The translations under genes were made by a program, and so were the position numbers. The notes below the pieces were generated by a model. That model saw only the letters and a program-made list of their open reading frames with translations. It did not search any database and was not told the origin of the DNA. From Chrysomallon squamiferum (taxonomy: Eukaryota; Animalia; Mollusca): 64,000 nucleotides of DNA. The DNA lies in NCBI GenBank assembly GCA_012295275.1, contig CM022667.1:15500001-15564000 (forward strand), given 5' to 3'. Below are positions 1-31,500 of the stretch, one piece after another; positions within the stretch are counted from its first letter, which is position 1; every line of letters begins with the position of its first letter.

Positions 1-979
1 ACACAAAAAAAACCGAACTTAGAATTTAGTCATATATATATATATATATATGTACATAATTAGGCAAATGTATGAAAATGTTTAATAAATCCATGAATAT
101 AACCGTTATCTAATGAAATATACAAATATATATATAGAGAAATGCGAATGATTGACAAAGTAGTTATCAAAAAGAATCAATAAAATCATTATGCTAAAAG
201 GACATTCATTTCGTTCGCCAATTTTACACACCGGAATGAAATCGGATTTGTTATCGATTGTGTGACCAGTTAGTGGTAAAACAGTTTGACTTTTTTATAT
301 ATATAGACTGAAAAAGAAAACGATCAAGGTCCTTTTCTTTGTGGTGACATTTCGTTTTGTACTGCTGGTCAAAAATAGATACATTACTGTAATTCTGCTG
401 GTTAAACAAAACAACAATAAAAAATTAAAAACGAAGATCAACAGTCATAAATTATCAGGATAGATTGTTTTACACGATGAACAAAAATCTTCGAAAAGAC
501 GAAAATAATTTTAATACCTGTTTTACGACAGTGTGTAAATACCGTGAATTATCAGTTTACGCTTCTGAAAGGATCTAATTTTTTTTTTTTTTTTTTTTTT
601 TTGGACAACATCGTCATTACTTGATTTCATTATTTGTTCTGTCTTATCAGCGCAGAGGTTTGTATATTTATTTATATCTACCCTGTTTACCTTCCATGTT
701 CGTGTTTCGTTGAGGACGTCTCTCTGTTAAGTTAAAAAGTGATTTTTCTAGAATCAGTGGAAAGCAAGGACATAGAAATATTTAGGTCAGCTGTTATCTT
801 GTCTTGTAATAATATTTTAAACTATAATAATTTTAACATTTTCTTATTTTTTTAAATTATTTTTACACTGGTTTACTTTGATTTTGATTTTGATTTTTTG
901 ATTTTAGGTTGGTTTCTTTTGTTGCTGTTGTTTTGGGGTTTGTTGTTGTTGTTTTTTATTTTTTTAGCGGTGTGTGTTC

Positions 980-1021
<42 letters not shown>

Positions 1022-1030
1022 GTGGTGCCG

Positions 1031-1185
1031 ATGGATACTATGACAACAAGTATGACAGAACACGGACTTTGTCCTCTGAACAGACGTCAAGAACCTCCTC
1101 ATCAAACGAAATATGTCGACGATTCAGTGTTTCAAAGTCACAGGGATCGAGGCTCGTCGGAGGAAGAAAATTCACCCACAGCTAT
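1031..1185 (+). CDS. Alternative first coding exon A of the CAP-Gly gene (MDTMTTSMTEHG...SPTA)
   Basis: ATG at 1031; 155 nt ending in phase 2 at the strong donor AT|GTAAGT (1186), which joins the exon at 16853 in frame. Upstream acceptor ttttttag at about 967. Confidence 0.65.
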
Positions 1186-1963
1186 GTAAGTAAAACACGA
1201 AAGAATAAAATAAATGAATGAGAGAACAAATAAGCAAATGAGAGAGAAGTGAGAGATAAACAATAGTGGATGAATGAGTGTATTACTAAGTCTGTAGGAG
1301 GGTGAATGAGTGAGTCTATTTACAGAGTGAGCGAGTGAGTAAGAACGAAAAAGAAAAGAGAAAATTTTAACTAATATATAACTGATAGGCTATTCTGTTA
1401 CGCATGACTGGTTTTCGAGGATTAGTTTTAGGTGATCTCTGTTGTTTGGATTTTTTTTAATTTTATATATTAATTTATTTACTTACTTACTAACTTTTCT
1501 TTTTCTTCTTCTTTCAGTATTTTGGATTCTTTTATTATATTTTATTATTGTTATAAGTATTATTATTACTATTACTATTATTACTACTACTACAACTATT
1601 ATTATTGTTGTTGCTGCTACTGCTGTTTTCGTTGTTGTTGTTGCTGTCGTTGTTGTTGTTGATGTTGTACTGAAAACAAATAATAATAAAGTACGTACAC
1701 TGTCACGTTACTTTTATGCTGGTTTATTAAAAAAAAAAAAAAAAAAAAAAAAAATACTTTTAAAAATCATTCCATGGACGATAACTCTTCCATGACATGA
1801 AATGAAATGTATCGCTACTTTTAACAGCAGCAATACAAATTAGCTATTATGACTGAGTTTTGGGAATGATTTTTCTGCACCTTTTAATTTAATTTTTTGA
1901 TATAGAATAATTTAGGATCGTTAGGAAAAAGAACAGGACCTTGGAAAATGATGAGTAATGTGG

Positions 1964-2024
<61 letters not shown>

Positions 2025-2504
2025 CCGGGGTGTTCGAAATAGTTAACAGATTAATCAGAAATTTATATGATGTGATTATCTGTAACAAACACAGAAACAT
2101 GCGTGCACGTACGTATATACAAACACCGGAGGATTTCTGGATGTTTGAGAGAGTAGTGACACAAAATCTTGTTGTTTTAGTTATTATTCAGTATCTGAAA
2201 ACATTAATATCAATGTTAGGTTTTGTGTTGCTTTCCTTTTATTCTTTTTCTTTCTTTTTTATTACTATTATTATTGTTGTGCTGCTGCTGTTATTGTTAA
2301 TTTTTGTGTATACATATTCATAAAACGCTAAAGAGATAACGTTAGTAAATAATATTTATAATATAAAATATATATATATATATAAAAGTAAGATTAAACG
2401 TATAACCAGAATCTTGAAGAAAACTATCAGATTCCTTTATTTAATATAATAAAATTTTAAAATACCTCTAGTATTTAATTAGTTGTATTTACGTTTATAA
2501 TTCA

Positions 2505-2940
2505 GAGCATGTGGCATATTGCTAACTACAGTCTTTATGTTATAATACAGGGCATGTAGCTTATTATTACTTACAAGACTTTATGTTATAATACAGGGCA
2601 TGTAGCATATTATTAAGTACAAGACTTTATGTTATAATACAGTGTATGTAGCATATAGCTAAGAACAATCGTTATGTTTTAATACAGTACAGATAGCATT
2701 TTATTAGGTACAGTCTTTATACTACAAAACAGTACATGTAGCATGTTTCTAAGTACAGTCTCTGTGTTATATACAGTATATGTAGCATATTTTTAACTGC
2801 AAGACTTTATTTTATTTTACAGTACATATAGCATATTACTAAGTACTGTCTCTATGTTATAATACAGTATATGTAGCATATTTTTAACTGCAAGACTTTA
2901 TGTTATAACAGAGTGTATATAACATATTACTAAGTAGAGT
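2505..2940. repeat. Minisatellite, about 46-47 bp unit, about 9 degenerate copies
   Basis: Repeated unit resembling TTTATGTTATAATACAGGGCATGTAGCATATTATTAAGTACAAGAC. Confidence 0.85.
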
Positions 2941-3078
2941 ACTCAAGGGTTTTGGACAAATCGTATGCTTAATACTGAATAACCAGTAGCTTCATATATT
3001 GGTGTCATAATAAAGTGTTACTGTCAGTTATGTATTCATAGAGTAATCTTACACATATTATTTCATTTATAAATTTAT

Positions 3079-3128
<50 letters not shown>

Positions 3129-3884
3129 GATTGATTGATTGATGGATGGATGGATGGATGGATGGATGGATGGATGGATGGATGGATGAATGAATGGCTG
3201 TACGTATTTATGTATGTACGTAGATATGTATGCATCGAAATGATACATGATATCAGCTAATGGAGAAACGTCGTCCATTCCAGAATCAAATATCATACAA
3301 AAATTTAAAACAAATAAAATAAAATGAAGTAAATTAATGATTGCAGTCTGGGGGGTGGTAGCAGCCTACTCGTTTTTTTTTTTTTTTTTTTTTTTTAATA
3401 ATAGTTCGTCTGTATTCTCTGAAACTGAAAACACCTGTTTCTCCTAGTAAACACTTTAGACGCAACCCTAACAATGCATCCTCCCCGTGACCCAACACAA
3501 CACGTGTCATTTCTCACGAATTACTGCAGTTTGTTTTGGGTTACCTTACGCTAAATGACTTTTTGCTAGCGACAGGTTTAGATTTATTATTATTTTTTTT
3601 TTTTTTTTTCAGTACAGTGGGAACAAATATCACAAATAGCGATCTGTGTAACAGTTGTGAGCACATTTAATATGTTATGAATAATTCATGAATATTATTC
3701 ATGATCATGAACCATTAATACAATTTCGACAATAAAACTAGGTAGCATGTGTTTGATAAAAGAATTCGTATTCTGTTTAACCTAGCAACCTCAATTATCG
3801 GGTATGGGGAGAAGGTTAAAATTGTTTTTAAAAAAATAAAAAAACAAAACAACAACAGTAGTTTTAAAGTTATTCAATCCCTCT

Positions 3885-4430
3885 GTCAGTAAGTCAGTGA
3901 GTTTCTCTTCTAGTCATCAGTAAAGCGGTTTTTCGGTTTATTTGTTTATTAGTCAGTCACTTACTCAGTCAATCAGTCAGTCAGAACGTCGGTCAGTCGA
4001 TGTACCAGTCAGTAGGTCTGTCGGTCGGTCATCAATTAATCGGTCAGTTATCGATAGATCAGTCATTTTGGTTATATAATCCGTAAGTTGATGAATCAGT
4101 CAGTGATTATATCAATCAATCAGTCAATCAGTCGGTCAGTCATCAATTAATCAGACAGTAATCAGGATCTCAGGTGTTCTGGGTATTGATCAGTAAGTCA
4201 ATAAGTCAGTCAGTCAATCAGTCAATCAGTCTGTCAGTCATCAATTAATCAGTCAGTAGTCAAGGATATCAGGTGTTCTGGGTATTGATCAGAAAGTCAG
4301 TCCGTCTGTCAGTTAATCAGTCAGTCCACTACATGAGTCGTTCTGAATAGTGATGAGTCAAAGAGTCATAAATCAATCAGTCTTTCGTTTTCATGGTCAG
4401 TTATTATTCGATCAGCTAGTCAGTAGATTA
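3885..4430. repeat. Degenerate (TCAG/TCAA)n simple repeat with an internal ~110-bp duplication
   Basis: Many agtc/aatc tetramers; TCAGGTGTTCTGGGTATTGATCAG occurs at about 4170 and 4269. Confidence 0.7.
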
Positions 4431-4535
4431 GATCTAGTTAACAAGTTACTTTTGTATTTCTTTACAAAGTGCATTTGATCAGGAGTGGAGCTAATATATG
4501 TTGAAATGTATGGCTGAGGAGATTGCCTGTTCCTA

Positions 4536-4617
<82 letters not shown>

Positions 4618-7227
4618 TATTTTTTTTTTTTTCTTTGTTTTAAAAATTCTGTTTGGTATATAAGAAGATAAAGTACATAAGATTGACACTTATCGCACAT
4701 CGTTCAAAATAAAATAGCCAAAATTGTTTTGAAAATACAGATATAAAAACATATATTAGTAAGCTTGTTCTTTATCTCAAAATTGTTGCATTGCTGTTGC
4801 AATAGGTGGACGTATTTTCATAACGCTATTCATATTTACGTATATGTTTTTATAGTTATGTAGAAATTACATAAAATATTCATTAAGACGTATCCTTAAT
4901 ATCAATAATATGTCCTTCACTTGCATAATACTTACGTATTTAAGTACACAAAATACATATTACCTGCAGCATATATTTTCGTTTAGGGATATAAAAAATG
5001 AAAATATATGAATAACTACAGTATCGTTACGAAATTTATATACCATGTTTAAAAATTAAATAGTTTATTTAAATAACTTAAGCAGTAGTAAAATTTCTTT
5101 CTCTTCTTTGTCTTTTATCATTCTTCCTTTCGTTCGTTCTTTCTTTTTCTTTTTCCCACACTATAGGTTGAATGCTTTATAATTTTCTATTTCGCACTAA
5201 GGGTGATCGTGTAAATCAAAATTAATGGCAGAATAATATTTAACTTCGCCAGACAGATCTACAGTTTGTTGTGCCCGTCCCTCTCGGCGGTCGTCATGAA
5301 AGCCGTCTGATTTAGATCGGGTGAAATACGTTGAAGTGCCGATTACGCCTGATGAATACCGTAACATGCATCTATTGATACCCGTCATTGTCCGAAAACT
5401 GTGTGTGTACTTTCACCGATTTGTAGCCAGCATAAAAAAAAAAAAAATACCTTGTGGCAACATTCCGTCCAAAGCATTATTTTATTATTTTTGTTACTGC
5501 TTTCTTTATCGTGTTGTGAAGGATTACGTTTTGTGACTCCATGCGTTGCTGGTGTACGTCAGCAGACGACATGCCGATACGCAGACGGATGTTTCAGACG
5601 ATAACGATTGATGCAGTTTAAAGGAAATTGCGCAGACGATATCGTTATCGGGATTTTATTTTTCTGTAGAAGGAAAATTTAGTTTTTCAACCTTTGAATT
5701 GTGCGAGGATTATTTCCCAGTATTTTCACAAGACTGGAGCGTTTGGTCGCTATCAAAGATGTGGTAAATTTGTTATGTTTGTAATTTTTAAATTTGTTAA
5801 ACATTCGTTTAATTTTTCGAGGGTTTTTGTCTTACTGCCTAAACAAACGGAAAAGGAAAAATGTTTTATCTATGAACTGTACTGGATTTGTTTGTCTTAA
5901 TTTTTTCTTTTACATATTTTAGCTATTATTTTTATTTTTATTTTTATTTTTATTTTGTTTCGTCTTCTTCTGTTTGACAGTATCAGAGAACTGTGGAATG
6001 TATTTATTTTTTATTTTTTAACATTTTTAAAGTCGCTCTTTTTCTGTCTGAAGAGCCGGATTTATTTAAATTTATACTGAATAGTTCGTCTTCAAGACTT
6101 GTCAAGAAAAAATGAAAACAAGCAATTTATAGTCTGGAAGAATAAAAGCACCCTTTTTTATTACAACCAGAAAACTATATCGTGTTCCATTTTTTGAGAA
6201 AAAAAACAAAAAAAAAAAAAAAAAGCAGAAAAGAGAAAAAACATTGTGTTTTACTGATAAAAATTAATATAATTAATCACAATAATATTATAATTTTTCA
6301 ACTTTACAAGAAACATATCACTTTTTTTCACTAAAGAGATTTTAAAAGATTGAAATTTAGGAAAAATTAAATAGAAAGATATTCGTGATGTGGCAAATAT
6401 ATGTTTTCTAAACTGAAAATATTTTAAATATTTTACTTGCCTAATAAGTTTCAAATAAATCTAAATATTTTTTCGTTTCTTAGTTGTTTAATTAAATAAC
6501 TTTAAAAATGGCAGAAACGATAAAAGTGCGAAATAAATATATACTGTCATGAACAAGCAAACTGTTTTGAGCAAATTCAAACGGTTTTAACTTCAAATTT
6601 ATTTTGTTGATATTTCCGGAGCATATTTATGTCCAACGCAGAATTTAATATCGTTTCTGGCACCAAAACATAAAATGAGCGTAAAGTGACTCACCTTGAA
6701 GCCAGACAAGAAAATGCAAGGAGTGGAATAAATTACTTATTATTCTAAAAGACTTTTTCACAATACGAACAGATATTTAAATTGTAGTCGGGAATTTTAT
6801 GGTTCTGTTTTCTATTCTTTTTCAATTATTTCTGTTTTCACTGAAAGTTTTAGTTTTAGAAGTCACTCCTTTTACATGTCATTACCACAAACAACCAGTA
6901 AAACACTTCAGTGGGTAAACCTTTTCAAAGTGTCCTTTACACGCTGTTACGGCAAACGACCAATAAAACCTATGACTGGATAAACTTTCTAAAAGTTTAA
7001 AAAAAAAAAGAAAAAAAAAAGAGAAAAAAAAAGAAAGAAAAAAAAAAGGAAAAAAAAAAAAGAAAAGAAACGAACCATTCGAATTCAATACCTGATCGGA
7101 ATATTTAATGAATCGAACTGCTTTGTGTGAATAACAACAAAATCTGGATACGCTAAAGCAAAACCGCGAACTAAACCGCGGCCCGAAATTTGATTCCTCC
7201 GCCGCTGTGTCTAAACACCGGACGAAA

Positions 7228-26271
<19,044 letters not shown>

Positions 26272-26491
26272 TACTGTATTCAATAATTAAAATGACGGGA
26301 AGCTACGATGAGATCGTAGACTGACGGAGAAGAACTTTTGTCTATTAGCCATGAAGATGGCATTGGAACAATTTTATAAGTCTATGAAAACAATAGTTTC
26401 TTTAAAGAAGGCTTGGTTTTTAAATGAAACAAAGTCGGGTTATATTTTACAAGTCATATTAAATCGTGTACTTGATATTCACTCTTGTTTG

Positions 26492-26547
<56 letters not shown>

Positions 26548-26669
26548 GTAGTTAAATGTTCCACATTCGAATAATTTGTTAACATTTTTAATTAATAAAA
26601 TAAATTATTAATTTATTGTATCTTCTAGGTGTTTGTATTTATGTTTGTTTTAGTGTTTAGTGCGTATGT

Positions 26670-26756
<87 letters not shown>

Positions 26757-27225
26757 AAATTTCATAATCAATATTTTCTTCCATAGAAACATAATTAATA
26801 GATATGTTTAAACTGTTTTAAAATGACTAACGAATCATGTAATTCTAGATATATGAATAATAAAGATTCGAGGCACAATTTCACCGAATTTCACTGAATG
26901 AATAGTATGTTGTATAAAAGACAGAATGATTTATTTTTGCCATATGAAAATAAATTTATAGAAGATTCTAGGAAAACATCAATCATTATTATCAATAATA
27001 AAGTGAAACAATAAAATATATCCGAGAAAATGCTCATAAGTTGTCTTAATTTATTCTTTTTATTACTTTTTTTTTATTATTTTTGTTTGTTTGTTTGTTT
27101 ATTGTTTTTAATGTAATGTATTTGTTGGGTTTTTTGTTTTGTTTTTATTCTGTCTCTTTTCTTACTGTTTTGTTTAGTTTTTAATTTGTTATCTTCCTTT
27201 CTACTTTCTTTATTATTATCACTTC

Positions 27226-27267
<42 letters not shown>

Positions 27268-27820
27268 TTTATTTATTTTTTTTTATTTTTTGTTGTTTTT
27301 TTCTGTAATATTACTTTGTGACAAAATAAATAATAATAAATAAATAAATCCTGTCAGACTGAGGGAATAGAAATTTCTGTAGACTCGGCCTGTTGCGATT
27401 TTTTCTCTTACCGTCCACGATCTAAGTTTTCTTACTTGATCCTCTGACCTCAGAAAATCTGTTAAGAAAACATTAATTTTAAATAAAATGAAATATAAAA
27501 ACAGACATTCTGTTCGAAGTACATTAGCTACATTAAGATTATTAATCCGTAATATTATTAGAGATACATTTTAAGACAAGGCACCTAATGTAACGCTATA
27601 AACAAAAATTATTATTATTATTGTTGTTGTTGTTGTTGTTAAATATAAATATAGAGAATATTACACGTAAACGGCAAAATGAAGTAAAGCTAAGACTAAC
27701 TGAACGCGGTAAACAGGAATCGAAATGCTGTATGAGATTAGTACGAGTTTATATTAATTAACATTTTCCCGAGAGGCTTCCAAAGTTTATATATTTACTT
27801 CATTACTTCCTTTTCTTATT

Positions 27821-27912
<92 letters not shown>

Positions 27913-28381
27913 TTTTTAATATTGTATTTTATATCTGTTTATATTTTACATTTTACCTTTTCTTATTATTACTATTATTTATTTGAAATTTTCATTTTTA
28001 TTTTTTATTTGTTTGTTTTATTTTTCAATTTATTTTATTCTTTTCACACAAATTTTTTTTTTTTTTTTTTTTTCTGAGATAGTCTTACCAAGAACAGAGC
28101 TAATCAATCAAAAGTACAGCACAGTCTGTAGGAAATGGGGCGACATTACTTCTTAACGATGACAGTGATACATATAGAAAATAAATTTAAAAAAAAATTA
28201 ATAATAATAATAATAATAGATATATATATACTAGCAACAGAAAGCACAGTTAAATGATGCCAGAAATTATCAGGAACAGAATTTAACAATAAGCATTATA
28301 CAGAATTCCCCAATTAGACTCTAATGTTAGTTAGTTCTTTTTTCAAAAGCGACCTCTAATATCGAGACTTAGAAACGTATG

Positions 28382-28399
28382 GAGATCGAAAGTAAAAGT
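28382..28399 (+). promoter_or_regulatory. IRF-E/ISRE-like element upstream of TRPT1 copy 1 (same motif at 34210-34227 for copy 2)
   Basis: GAGATCGAAAGTAAAAGT, 134 bp upstream of the ATG, resembling the IRF1-type GAAAGTGAAAGT consensus; positionally homologous to the perfect ISRE of copies 3 and 4. Confidence 0.4.
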
Positions 28400-28515
28400 A
28401 GATTTTCTAGGAAAAATATGCTTTCTCCGTCTTATATAGTTATCAGATTTTGTGAGAGAAACATACTAGCTAGTCGACTTTTGGCCAGCACTTTTTTATA
28501 ACAACGAAATTAAAT

Positions 28516-31500
28516 ATGTCTGAAGAATCACAGAATAAGAGAGGAGGTGTTTCTAACTACGCTGAAGGCTATAGAGGTAATACTAATAGAGGTAATGATG
28601 GACGTAGAGACAATAGGCGTGGTAGTGGACGTGGATTTAATTCTGCACAGCTTTGTAACCTTCAAATTCAAATTCAAAACAGTTCTACAGTACCACAGTT
28701 AAGTCGTGGACGTGGATCTGATTTTACGCAATCACGTAACCGACAGTTTGAAAATCCGAATAGTCGTAGAGTACAACAGTTAGGTCGTGGACTTGGATTT
28801 TATAATGAACAGACACAAAACGTACATGTTGAATATGAAAATTCTAGTGTACCGCAGCAAATTGGTGAACGTGGAATTTCTCATGAACAGACACAAAACG
28901 TACATGTTGGATATGAAAATTCCAGTGTACTGCAGCAAACTGGTGGACGTGGAATTTCTCATGAACAGACACAAAATGTAAATGGACAAAATAAGAGAGG
29001 AAATCTTTTTAATGAGTACAATAGCCATCGTGATTATAGTAATACTAAAACACACAGAAATTATGATGTACGTGGACGGGGTTGGGGAGGGAAACGGGGA
29101 CAGGGCCGGGCACGGGAACGTGGAAGGGGACGTAATCTTCCTTATTCTCAACAGCCAGATCACAATATTCGTAGCGGTCGACAACAGCAAAGTCATGGAA
29201 CTGAATATTATCGTGAAAAACAACAATACTCACAATTTGGATATTTTTATTTTCCTCGTGATTTTTCACAACGTTATTTTGCACCTGATCAGCAAGCTTA
29301 TCCACCTTACCAGGAACAATATTACTACAATCAGTGGCCTCAGTACAACCCTTCTGACAAGTCAAAAGGATATGGTTTCAGACAACAACATAGTCGAGAT
29401 GGAGATCCCCTGGTAGCATTGTCCAAGTCCCTCTCTTACCTTCTCAGACATGGAGCAGAAAAGCAGAATATGAAATTATTACCTGGTGGATTCTTGTATG
29501 TTCAAGATATTCTCAAAATGCCACAGTTTAAGAAAGCCACTGAAGCTGATATACAAAAAGTAGTGGACGTCAATGATAAGAAAAGATTCTTTTTGAAAAG
29601 AGATCCAGAAAACAAACTGATGATCCGAGCAAATCAGGGCCACACAATAGAGGTGGAAGATCTTGAATTAACACCTGTCACTGACCCAGCAGATTTACCT
29701 GTAGTTGTTCATGGAACATACCACAAATATTGGGAACTGATTAAAAATCAAGGTCTAAAACGATTTGAACGGAATCACATTCACTTTGCTGCAGGCCTGC
29801 CTGGAGAAGAAGGAGTTATCAGCGGGATGAGAAGTTCTTGTCAAGTATTGATATACATTAATGCTGAAAAAGCCATCAAAGGTGGAATCGAATTTTTCCG
29901 TTCAGCCAACAACGTAATTTTGAGTCCAGGTGATGAAAATGGTGTCATTGGTCCATGCTACTTTGAAAAAGTTGTGAACAGGAAACAATACCACGAACTG
30001 GACTTTGATCCGAATGTAGATTACAAGTCAGGCAAAAAACAGAAAGTTGAAACAGTTAGCAGAGATTCTGGACAGGCGTCTTCAAAAGAATGTGAACAAA
30101 GAAGAAAAAGAAAACAAGGAGCAGAAGTAGAAGCAGATCAAAGTTCAGAACATGATAAAATGGAAAATGATTCTGAAGTATCATCCACTGCTGGAGACAT
30201 GGCTAAAGATGACAGAGCACCTCTCGGTGAAACTGAACAAACTGATAACTATAACAGAACAGAGTCAGCTGACAGAGAAAACCGGGAAAAACAACTTGGT
30301 GAAAATGAAGATGACAACTTGCACGAAAATAGTACCACTCATGGATCATCCAACAATGACCGAACACTGAATTATCCTACTTCATCTAAAAGAAAACGTC
30401 CGAAAGTAGCTGATACAATACGTCCACCAAGAGATGACGAAAACAGATCAGCAGACAGAAGGCACACTCAAGTAGATGAGAATAATAAAACAAAATTGAC
30501 TAAAAGTCAAGATGACAAACGAACTACAAAATCTGAAGACAAAAACATTTCTCAAAAACACGAGATCAAAGAAAATGAAAAGCCTGAAATCGAAAATCAA
30601 CAAACAAAGACGGAAGCTGAAATAGAATGTTTTTCTGAAAACGAAGACGTCAAAACATATAGAAAAATCAACAATGAATTAGAAAGTAATAAACCTAAAG
30701 ACAAAAACAGTTCAGCTTATCAGAAACAAGAGGTCAAAGAAAATGAAAATCAACAAACACAGAAGAACGAGCAAAAGAAATTGTCTGAGGGAGAAAATAA
30801 TAATCAAGAAGAAGCTGAAATGAAAAAATTGTCTAAAAGTGAACCGGCCACAACAGATGCCAAAGAAACCAACAAATCTGAAATTAGTGAAGCTAAAGAC
30901 AAAAATATTTCAGCTTCTCAGAAACCACAGCTCAAAGAGAATGAAAATCAAGAAACACAGAAGAACCAGCAAAAGAAATTCTGTGAGATAGAAAAGAATG
31001 ATCCAGTGGAAGCTGAAAAGCAAATATTGTCTGAAAGTGAAAAGGCCACAACAGATGCCAAAGAAACCAACAAATCTGAAATTGGTGAACCTAAAGACAA
31101 AAATAGTTCAGCTCCTCAGGAACATGTGGACAAAGAAAATGAAAAGTCTCAAAATGAAAATCAACAAACACAGAAGAACGAGCAAAAGAAATTGTCTGAT
31201 GGAGAAAAGAATGATTCAGTGGAAGCTGAAAAGCAAATATTGTCTGAAACTGAACAGGCCACAACAGATGCAAAACAAACCAACAAATCTGAAATCAATG
31301 AACCTAAAGACAAAAATATTTCAGCTTCTCAGAAACAACAGCTCAAAGAGAATGAAAATCAACAAACACAGAAGAACAAGGAAAAGAAATTGTCTGATGG
31401 AGAAAAGAATGATCAAGAAGAAGCTGAAACACAAAAATTGTCTGAAACTGAACAGGCCACAACAGATGCCAAAGAAACCAACAAATCTGAAATTAGTGAA

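Noticed and set aside
27350-27462. GC-richer segment with a weak inverted repeat (CTGAGG...CCTCAG), duplicated at about 33200
   Set aside because: No recognisable ncRNA boxes; the second copy is explained by the segmental duplication.
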